A stretch of 19,686 bases of DNA from a bacterium (GTDB taxonomy: Bacteria; Eisenbacteria; RBG-16-71-46), in the NCBI GenBank assembly GCA_043779265.1, contig JAYWEM010000123.1:1-19686 (forward strand). Reading direction: 5' to 3'. This document shows, piece after piece, positions 1 to 6,923 of this stretch. How positions within the stretch are numbered: position 1 is the stretch's first letter; each line of letters opens with the position of its first letter. The position numbers were made by a program, and so were the translations under genes. The notes under the pieces were generated by a model that was given only the letters and a program-made list of their open reading frames with translations, was not told the origin of the DNA and did not search any database.

Positions 1-2
1 AC

Positions 3-1322
3 GTCCGGCGATTCGAGGAGGCGGCCGCGTGGGCCGATTCGGCGCATCGATCGGCGCTCGATGCCCCATCTCGCGAGCGAGCGCAACTGGAATCGGCGAG
101 GATCCGTCGCTCCCAGCGTTCGGGCCGCGGCGCGCTCGAATCCTACGAGCAGCTGATGCGAGTCGCGCGTGACCCGGCGGTGCGCGAGGCCTGCGCCTGG
201 GAGGCGGCGAGAGAGGCGCAGGATAGCGGGGAGTACGCGCGCGCCGAGTCGGCGTTCGTCGAGGTCTCAGCAGCTGGCGGGCGTCGCGCCGAGGAGGCGC
301 ACGTGCTGGCGGGCCTGTGCGCCTACGCGAGAGGGGAGCGCGAGACGGCGCTCGAGCGCTGGTCGAAGGCCTCGGGTGAGTCCGCGAGATTCTGGGAGGC
401 CACGGCGCTGAGGGACCGCGTCCGCCGCGGCCGATCGCAGACCGGTGATGCGGCTCGTGCGGACTCGCTCTACCGCACCCTGGCCGCTCTGCCCGGCTAT
501 CGCCTCTATCGTGCGGCGGCACGCGAGTCGCTCGGGGTTCGCGGCTGGCCGGGCGAAGTGGCGGTCGCCGCTTGCGAGGACAGTGCGGAGGCCGCACGCC
601 TCGCGGCGATCCATGCGGTGGCCGCGCGCGGTAACACGATCGATGCCGTGTTCCTGTTGAATCGATGGATGGTCGGCGATGTGCGCGTGACGAGCGGAGC
701 GCGCAGTGCCGGGAGCTGGCTCTCGGCCGCCTCGATCGCCTACGGCTTGTCGCGGCCGGATCTGGCGACGCGTCTGGTCGATCGCGCGATGCAGGCGGTG
801 GAAGATTCCTCGGCAGCCCTCTGGCCGCTCATCGCGTGGGCCCATCCGCCGGCATTCGAGGAGATCGTGCGGCCGAACATCGTGGACTCGCTCGGGATGG
901 ATGCCGCGCTCGTCTGGGGTCTCATCCGCCAGGAGAGCCGCTTCGATCCGCGGGCACGCTCGGTGAGCAATGCGCTCGGACTCGCGCAGCTGCTGCTTCC
1001 GACGGCTGGGGATGTCGCGCGATGGCTGCGTGATCCACCGCCGACCGAGGCGCGCCTGTTCGAGCCCGACATCGGCGCGCGCTACGGCATTCGCTATCTC
1101 GCGTACGTGCTTTCGCGCTTCGATCGCAATGTCGCTGTGGCGCTGACCGCCTACAACGCGGGCCCCGGGACGATCCGACCGGACTGGCGACTCCTGCTCG
1201 AGCGAGGCGGCGACGCGCTCTTCAGCGAGTTCGCCTCGAATGCCGACTCCCAGGACTACACGCGGAGGATCCTCGGCTTCCGTCAGGCGTACCGCGAGTT
1301 GCAGCCGACGTTCCGGCCCTGA
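3..1322 (+). CDS. Soluble lytic murein transglycosylase (Slt70-like; helical/TPR-like N-terminal region + SLT domain), 5'-truncated by the window edge
   Basis: The frame of ORF 156..1322 is open back to position 3 with no stop. C-terminal SLT motifs are present: IRQES (catalytic Glu), ALGLAQLLLPTA (GLMQ-like) and AYNAGPG. The N-terminal part is Ala/Arg-rich and helical-repeat-like. Stop TGA at 1320-1322. Confidence 0.88.
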   Translation, partial: VRRFEEAAAWADSAHRSALDAPSRERAQLESARIRRSQRSGRGALESYEQLMRVARDPAVREACAWEAAREAQDSGEYARAESAFVEVSAAGGRRAEEAHVLAGLCAYARGERETALERWSKASGESARFWEATALRDRVRRGRSQTGDAARADSLYRTLAALPGYRLYRAAARESLGVRGWPGEVAVAACEDSAEAARLAAIHAVAARGNTIDAVFLLNRWMVGDVRVTSGARSAGSWLSAASIAYGLSRPDLATRLVDRAMQAVEDSSAALWPLIAWAHPPAFEEIVRPNIVDSLGMDAALVWGLIRQESRFDPRARSVSNALGLAQLLLPTAGDVARWLRDPPPTEARLFEPDIGARYGIRYLAYVLSRFDRNVAVALTAYNAGPGTIRPDWRLLLERGGDALFSEFASNADSQDYTRRILGFRQAYRELQPTFRP

Positions 1323-1328
1323 GGGTTC

Positions 1329-1337
1329 TGCTAGTCT
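1329..1337 (+). promoter_or_regulatory. Putative extended -10 promoter (TGn-TAGTCT) positioned for a leaderless transcript of the kinase gene
   Basis: TGCTAGTCT at 1329-1337, followed by 7 nt and the ATG at 1345. No Shine-Dalgarno in the 22-bp intergenic gap. Confidence 0.55.
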
Positions 1338-1344
1338 GCCACGC

Positions 1345-1983
1345 ATGAGCCACGCCGAGTCCGATCCGCTCGCACCGCTGAGGCGTCCGCAGTGGCAGGC
1401 GGAGCTGCGGCGCAAGCTCGTACACCTCGCGTTCATCGTGCTGCCTCTGGTGCTGATCCACGACAGCTTGCCGTGGCCGAAGGGGCTCGCGCAGTTCCGC
1501 ATGATGCTGCTGGCACTGGTGGCCGGCGCGATCGCGCTCGATCTGCTCCGCCTGCATGACGCCAGGATCCGCCGGTTCTTCGGCCGGTTCTTCGGGGAGT
1601 TGATCCGCGAGCACGAGCACTTCGGGCTGCTCGGCTCCACCTACCTGCTGCTCGCGGCGCTCCTGGCCATCGAGATCTTCCCGCACCCACTGGCGGCGGC
1701 GGCCCTCGGGTTCACCGTGCTGGGCGACGCCTTCGGCGCATTGGTCGGGCGGGCCTACGGACGGACCAAGTTCTTCCGAAAGTCGCTCGAGGGGGCGATG
1801 GGCTGCTTCGCTGCTTGTATGGTGTGGGCGGTCTATCTCGTGGTCGTGGTCGGCATGACCTGGCCGATCGTGATCGTCGGGGCGCTGGTCGCGACGTTCG
1901 TCGAGGTCCTGCCGATTCCGCTGGATGACAACCTAGGTATCACGCTGGCAGCGGGTTACGCCATGCGCCTCATGCTCCCCTGA
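1345..1983 (+). CDS. CTP-dependent polyprenol/dolichol/phytol kinase family membrane protein (SEC59/DGK1/VTE5-like)
   Basis: Start moved to ATG 1345 (MSHAESD), because the track start at 1240 overlaps the slt gene. Multiple hydrophobic helices. Family motifs RRKLVH, GDAFGALVGRAYG, KSLEG and DDNL. Confidence 0.8.
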   Translation: MSHAESDPLAPLRRPQWQAELRRKLVHLAFIVLPLVLIHDSLPWPKGLAQFRMMLLALVAGAIALDLLRLHDARIRRFFGRFFGELIREHEHFGLLGSTYLLLAALLAIEIFPHPLAAAALGFTVLGDAFGALVGRAYGRTKFFRKSLEGAMGCFAACMVWAVYLVVVVGMTWPIVIVGALVATFVEVLPIPLDDNLGITLAAGYAMRLMLP

Positions 1984-2000
1984 ACTCCGGCATGGAAGCC

Positions 2001-2027
2001 CAAGTCCGGCAAGTAGTCGGCCGATAA
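2001..2027 (+). promoter_or_regulatory. Putative sigma28 (FliA/WhiG/SigD)-type promoter
   Basis: CAAG(T) at 2001-2005 and GCCGATAA at 2020-2027, with 15 nt between CAAG and the -10 box. This matches the TAAA/TCAAG-N15-GCCGATAA architecture. ATG 2035 lies 7 nt downstream. Confidence 0.5.
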
Positions 2028-2034
2028 CGGGGGC

Positions 2035-2970
2035 ATGCGCCCGCCGCGTCCTCGGCCCCAACCGGCTCCCGACCTCGAGACCGCCCGCGCCCTGCTCGCG
2101 CAGGGCGATCGCGTCGCGGCGCTCGAGATGCTCGAACTGCTCCTGACGACCGAGTCGCGTCGCGATGTGCGCGAGCAGATCGCCTCGCTGCTGCTCGAAG
2201 CCTCACTCGGCTGCGATCTGGCCAACGATCCCGCGCGCGCGCTGCGCGCACTCGACCTCGCGACGCAGGTGGTGGACTGGGCGGACGTGCATGCGCGCCG
2301 CGGCATGCTGCTGGCCCAGTGCGGTCGGCGTCCCGAGGCGATCGAGGCCTACGAACGCGCCCTTGCGATCAACCCGAGATTCCGCGGTGCCGCCGTCGAG
2401 CGCGCACTGCTCGATGCCCACGAAGGCCGGCTCGGCGAAGCGCTGGCGACCCTGCGGGCGCTGGCTGCCGACAGTGCGCTGACCGAACCTCGCGCGCTGG
2501 CCGAGGGCCTCGATCACTTGCGCACCGCCGACATCGAGCGCGCCGCACCGCTGCTGCGCCGCGCCCTCGGCGCGACCGACACATGGCTCGACGCCCAGCT
2601 TCGCGAGTACCAGCAACTGTCGCAGGACGGCGACCTCGCGACCGCACTGCACGCGCTTCGCGCCGCGGTGGGGGAGCGGCCCGGCTATCCGGATCTCCAT
2701 TACCTGTTGGGCGTGCACGAGATGCAGCTCGGGGCGCTGGATGACGCCCTCGAGTCGCTGGCGCATGCTCTCGAATTGCACCCGGATTATCACTCGGCGC
2801 GCGTCGAGTTCGCTCGCGCACTCGAGGCGACCGGCGACACTCCCGAGGCGATCGTCCAGTTGGAACTCGTCTTGGCCACGGTACCGGGGCACAGCGCGGC
2901 GCAAGCTCTGCATGAGCGCTGGGTGGCGCGCTATCGCGACGCGCGGAAGGCGCCGGCTTCGGCCGACTGA
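2035..2970 (+). CDS. Tetratricopeptide repeat (TPR) protein
   Basis: TPR signatures such as ADVHARRGMLLAQCGRRPEAIEAYERALAINP and PDLHYLLGVHEMQLGALDDALESLAHALELHP. No signal peptide is evident. Confidence 0.82.
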   Translation: MRPPRPRPQPAPDLETARALLAQGDRVAALEMLELLLTTESRRDVREQIASLLLEASLGCDLANDPARALRALDLATQVVDWADVHARRGMLLAQCGRRPEAIEAYERALAINPRFRGAAVERALLDAHEGRLGEALATLRALAADSALTEPRALAEGLDHLRTADIERAAPLLRRALGATDTWLDAQLREYQQLSQDGDLATALHALRAAVGERPGYPDLHYLLGVHEMQLGALDDALESLAHALELHPDYHSARVEFARALEATGDTPEAIVQLELVLATVPGHSAAQALHERWVARYRDARKAPASAD

Positions 2971-3031
2971 TGCCCCTGAAGTCGGTCCTCGGCTCGTTCC
3001 CCGGCCTCGATCGGCACCGGTGCGATGTGGC

Positions 3032-3061
3032 TTGACCCGACCGGACGCCCGGGAGCAACCT
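3032..3061 (+). promoter_or_regulatory. Possible sigma70-type promoter for the cold-shock gene
   Basis: TTGACC at 3032-3037, an 18-nt spacer, then a weak -10 (CAACCT, 3056-3061). A purine-rich SD-like AAGGGAGG precedes ATG 3121. Confidence 0.3.
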
Positions 3062-3120
3062 GCTGGGGCAGGGCCCGGGTTCCACCACAGGTCGACTTCG
3101 CACCAAGGGAGGGGCCATCT

Positions 3121-3330
3121 ATGGCGAAAGGCATCGTCAAGTGGTTCAGCGACCAGAAGGGTTATGGGTTCATCACCCCCGAGAACCGAGAGGACTCGGA
3201 GGTGTTCGTCCACTTCTCGGCCATCGAGAGCGCCGGCTTCCGCACGCTTCGAGAGGGGCAGGTCGTCGAGTTCGAGTTGGTCAGTAGCACTCGCGGCTCA
3301 GAGGCCGCCCACGTCTTGCTGAAAGTCTGA
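3121..3330 (+). CDS. csp: Cold-shock domain protein (CspA family), 69 aa
   Basis: [18 protein letters not shown]...VFVHFSAI carries the RNP1 (KGYGFI) and RNP2 (VFVHF) motifs. An SD precedes ATG 3121, so the longer track start at 3025 is rejected. Confidence 0.95.
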   Translation: MAKGIVKWFSDQKGYGFITPENREDSEVFVHFSAIESAGFRTLREGQVVEFELVSSTRGSEAAHVLLKV

Positions 3331-3354
3331 TTCCCGTTCCTGAACCTGGGCCAC

Positions 3355-3386
3355 GTGCGGCCCGACGCGCTCGCGTCGGGCCGCAC
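3355..3386 (+). terminator. Strong GC-rich hairpin after csp (terminator-like or REP-like; lacks a U-tract)
   Basis: Perfect 15-bp inverted repeat GTGCGGCCCGACGCG (3355-3369) / CGCGTCGGGCCGCAC (3372-3386), 24 nt after the csp stop. Confidence 0.6.
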
Positions 3387-3416
3387 TCCGTCCCGGACGG
3401 GTTTCGGGGTCCGGAT

Positions 3417-3446
3417 TTGCCCTCCTTAAAGATTGCTGTCTATCCT
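3417..3446 (+). promoter_or_regulatory. Putative sigma70 promoter of secA, positioned for leaderless transcription
   Basis: TTGCCC (3417-3422), N18, TATCCT (3441-3446), then 7 nt and ATG 3454. The spacer is locally AT-rich and there is no SD. Confidence 0.6.
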
Positions 3447-3453
3447 GTCCCCC

Positions 3454-6444
3454 ATGATCGAATCCCTCCTGAAAGCCGTTTTCGGCTCCAAGCACGACAA
3501 AGAGGTCAAGCGCGTCCAGCCCATCGTCGACGAGATCAACCGGCTCTCCGAGGAGTGGGAGGGCCTCTCCGATGAGCAGATCCAGGCCAAGACCGCGGAG
3601 TTCCGCGAGCGCCTGAGCTCGGGAGGCGACACCCTGGACGACCTGCTCCCCGAGGCGTTCGCCGCGGTCAAGCAGACCTGCAAGCGCTTGTGCGGTAAGA
3701 CGTGGGACGTCTGTGGCCAGCCGACCGAGTGGCAGATGGTGCCCTACGACGTCCAGTTGGTCGGCGGCATCTTCCTGCACGAGGGCAAGATCGCCGAGAT
3801 GGCCACGGGTGAGGGCAAGACCCTCGTCGCCACGCTCCCGCTCTACCTCAATGCCCTCGAGGGCAAGGGCGCCCACCTCGTGACGGTGAACGACTATCTC
3901 GCCCGCCGCGACAGCGAGTGGATGGGTCGGATCTTCACGTTCCTCGGGCTGACCGTCGGCTGCATCCAGAATCAGATGGATCCGCCCAGGCGTCGCGAGC
4001 AGTACCAGTCCGACATCACGTACGGCACGAACAACGAGTACGGATTCGACTACCTGCGCGACAACATGGCGGTGCGCCCCGAGTACCGGGTGCAGCGCCC
4101 GTTCGCCTACGCGATCGTCGATGAGGTCGACTCGGTGCTGATCGACGAGGCGCGAACTCCGCTGATCATCTCGGGCCCGGTGGCCGACCGCGGCGATACG
4201 GTCTTCCTCGATCACAAGCACTATGTCGAGCGCATCGTGAAGGCGCAGCTCCAGTGGGCGAGCGAGAGCATGTCCGAGGCCGAGCAGATGTTCGGCCACA
4301 AGGACAAGGAGTGGGATCTCGGCGTCAAGCTACTGAGCGTGCGCCGCGCTGCACCCAAGCATAAGCGGCTGATCAAGCTGCTCTCCGAGAAGCCGGAGAT
4401 GACCAAGCTGATCCAGCGCGCCGAGGCCGAGTACCTGCGCGACAAGCGCATGCACGAGTTGGACGAGGATCTCTTCTTCACGATCGATGAGAAGTCACGC
4501 AACGTCGATCTGCAGGAGAAGGGCCGCACGCTGCTGTCGCCGGGCGAACCGGATCGGTTCACCGTGCCCGACCTCGCGGGGCAGTTGTCCGAACTCGAGG
4601 GGCGCGAGGATCTCGAGCCCGAGGAGCGAATCCGCCAGCGCGACGCCATCTACAAGGGCTACGCGAGCCAGAACGACAAGATCCACGCGATCAGTGCCCT
4701 GCTCAAGGCCTACTCGTTGTTCGAGAAGGACGTCGAGTATGTCGTGCAGGAGGGCAAGGTGATGATCGTCGACGAGTTCACGGGCCGCCTCATGCCCGGC
4801 CGCCGCTACTCCGACGGACTCCATCAGGCGATCGAGGCCAAGGAGGGCGTGCAGGTCGAGGGCGAGACCCAGACGCTCGCCACGATCACGCTGCAGAACT
4901 TCTTCCGGATGTACGCCAAGCTGGCGGGCATGACCGGTACGGCCGAGACCGAGGCCGGTGAGTTCTGGGAGATCTACAAGCTCGAAGTGCAGGTCATCCC
5001 GACGCACCGCAAGCTGGCCCGCAAGGACATGGAAGACGTCGTCTACCGCACCAAGAAGGAGAAGTTCCAGGCGGTCATCGAGGAGATCGCGCAGTCGCAC
5101 ATCGCGGGACAGCCGGCGCTGGTCGGCACGATCTCGGTCGAGGTGAGCGAGTTGCTGTCGCGATTGCTCAAGATCCGCGGCATCAAGCACAACGTGCTGA
5201 ATGCCAAGTACCATCAGCAGGAAGCCGAGATCGTCTCGCAGGCGGGCCAGCGCGGCGCCGTGACGATCGCGACGAACATGGCCGGGCGAGGCACCGACAT
5301 CAAGCTGGGAGCCGGAGTCGCCGATCTCGGTGGGCTTCGGATCATCGGCACCGAGCGACATGAGTCGCGCCGAATCGATCGGCAGTTGCGTGGACGTGCG
5401 GGCCGTCAGGGGGATGCAGGCGCCTCTCGCTTCTACCTGTCGCTCGAGGACGAGCTGATGCGCCTGTTCGGCAGCGAGCGCATCTCGGGCCTGATGCAGA
5501 AGATGGGCGTCGAGGAAGGCGAGGTCATCGAGCACTCGATGGTCACGAGCGCCATCTCGCGCGCTCAGAAGCGCGTCGAGGGCCACAACTTCGACATCCG
5601 AAAGCACCTGCTCGAGTACGACAACGTGATGAACAAGCAGCGCGAGGAGGTCTACCGGCAGCGCAATGAAGCGCTCGAGAAGACCGACATCCGCGAGACC
5701 GTTGTCGAGGATATCCGCGACGTCGTCGCCGAGCGCGTCGACCGCATCGTGGGCTCGGCGAGCCTGCCGCGCGACGAGTGGAATCTGCGCGGTCTCGCCG
5801 ATGAGCTGGCGTATGTCCTGATGCAGCCGGTCACGCCCGAACAGGTCGCCGGTGAGCGTCTTGATGATGTGACCGACCGAGCGGAGCAGGTCGCCGTATC
5901 GGCCTACGAAGTGCGCGAGCAGGAGTTCGGCCTCGAGGTGATGCGCGAGCTCGAGCGGCACGTCTACCTGTTCACGGTGGACGAACGCTGGCGTGAGCAT
6001 CTGCACGAGCTCGACCATCTCAAGGGCGGCATCGGCCTCCGCGCCTACGGACAGCGCGACCCGCTGGTCGAGTACAAGCGCGAGGCGTTCCACCTGTTCG
6101 ACAAGTTGCTCACCGAGATGCGCGACGAGTTCGTGCTGCGTCTGTTCCGTGTGCATCTCGCTCCGCAGGCGCAGCAGATGCTGCACGATGCCCCGCCGCC
6201 CACACAGCATATGGTGGCGCAGCACGCCGAGGTCCAGGCGTTCGGCGGGGATGCGGGCGAGGCCGAGTCGGAAGGCGGCGTCGCTGTAGCCGCGCCGCCC
6301 TCGCAGCGCGGCCCGGCGAGGCCGGCATCGCGGCCGATCGCCGCGCCGAGCGCCGGACGCAACGATCCGTGCCCGTGCGGTAGTGGCAAGAAGTACAAGA
6401 AGTGCCACATGCGGATCGAGCAGGGTCTGGAGCCCGAAGCATGA
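3454..6444 (+). CDS. secA: Preprotein translocase ATPase subunit SecA
   Basis: Motifs EMATGEGKT (Walker A), VTVNDYLA, IVDEVDSVLIDEARTPLIISG, NMAGRGTDIKL, ERHESRRIDRQLRGRAGRQGD and the C-terminal SEC-C zinc motif GRNDPCPCGSGKKYKKCH. ATG 3454 (MIESLLKAVFGS) is a typical SecA start. Confidence 0.98.
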   Translation: MIESLLKAVFGSKHDKEVKRVQPIVDEINRLSEEWEGLSDEQIQAKTAEFRERLSSGGDTLDDLLPEAFAAVKQTCKRLCGKTWDVCGQPTEWQMVPYDVQLVGGIFLHEGKIAEMATGEGKTLVATLPLYLNALEGKGAHLVTVNDYLARRDSEWMGRIFTFLGLTVGCIQNQMDPPRRREQYQSDITYGTNNEYGFDYLRDNMAVRPEYRVQRPFAYAIVDEVDSVLIDEARTPLIISGPVADRGDTVFLDHKHYVERIVKAQLQWASESMSEAEQMFGHKDKEWDLGVKLLSVRRAAPKHKRLIKLLSEKPEMTKLIQRAEAEYLRDKRMHELDEDLFFTIDEKSRNVDLQEKGRTLLSPGEPDRFTVPDLAGQLSELEGREDLEPEERIRQRDAIYKGYASQNDKIHAISALLKAYSLFEKDVEYVVQEGKVMIVDEFTGRLMPGRRYSDGLHQAIEAKEGVQVEGETQTLATITLQNFFRMYAKLAGMTGTAETEAGEFWEIYKLEVQVIPTHRKLARKDMEDVVYRTKKEKFQAVIEEIAQSHIAGQPALVGTISVEVSELLSRLLKIRGIKHNVLNAKYHQQEAEIVSQAGQRGAVTIATNMAGRGTDIKLGAGVADLGGLRIIGTERHESRRIDRQLRGRAGRQGDAGASRFYLSLEDELMRLFGSERISGLMQKMGVEEGEVIEHSMVTSAISRAQKRVEGHNFDIRKHLLEYDNVMNKQREEVYRQRNEALEKTDIRETVVEDIRDVVAERVDRIVGSASLPRDEWNLRGLADELAYVLMQPVTPEQVAGERLDDVTDRAEQVAVSAYEVREQEFGLEVMRELERHVYLFTVDERWREHLHELDHLKGGIGLRAYGQRDPLVEYKREAFHLFDKLLTEMRDEFVLRLFRVHLAPQAQQMLHDAPPPTQHMVAQHAEVQAFGGDAGEAESEGGVAVAAPPSQRGPARPASRPIAAPSAGRNDPCPCGSGKKYKKCHMRIEQGLEPEA

Positions 6445-6923
6445 GCGACCGATTCCCGAATGAGTCCTTCCAGCGCCTCCTTCGCCTCCTGGCCGACAAG
6501 CTCGAGGACCATCTCGAGGGCGACGAACTCGCGCTCGAGACCCTGAGCGAGGCGATCGAAGAAGAGGGCCTGGGTGGCGAGGATATCGCCTCCGTCGTGA
6601 TGGCGCTGCGCAGTCTCGCGGGCGCAGGGGCTTCGTCCGGCTGGGTCGCCGGCCCGCCCGGCCGTCGCGCGCAGCGTGTGATGTCGCAGGAGGAGCGCGA
6701 ACTGCTCAGCACCGAGGCCTGGGGATACCTACTCGACCTCAAGGCGCAGGGAGTGCTGGATGCAGGGCAGTTCGAACGTGTGCTCGATGGCCTCTCCGGC
6801 ATCGGCGTGCGGCCGGTGAGTGTGGAACTGGCGCGTGAGATCGCCTCGCGCGTCGCCCTGGAGGCGGAAGATGGTGTGGGCCCGGGAGAGATGACGCATG
6901 GCGACATCGAAAGCGCGCACTAA
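6441..6923 (+). CDS. smg: Smg / DUF494 family protein
   Basis: Acidic 160-aa protein with the RVMSQEERELLSTEAWGYLLDL..GVLD..QFERVLD pattern typical of DUF494. It lies immediately upstream of topA, as in the known dprA-smg-topA synteny, and overlaps the secA stop (ATGA). Confidence 0.75.
   Translation: MSDRFPNESFQRLLRLLADKLEDHLEGDELALETLSEAIEEEGLGGEDIASVVMALRSLAGAGASSGWVAGPPGRRAQRVMSQEERELLSTEAWGYLLDLKAQGVLDAGQFERVLDGLSGIGVRPVSVELAREIASRVALEAEDGVGPGEMTHGDIESAH

Noticed and set aside
3014..3023. 10-bp palindrome GCACCGGTGC upstream of the putative csp -35
   Set aside because: Short, GC-rich and single-copy, so likely chance; it matches no operator I recognise.
4495..6408. 637-aa antisense ORF (also 3298..4299, 6739..8511, 14929..16500, 267..1640, 16744..17427)
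   Set aside because: These are shadow ORFs opposite well-supported genes. They are expected from high-GC codon bias and show no recognisable motifs.
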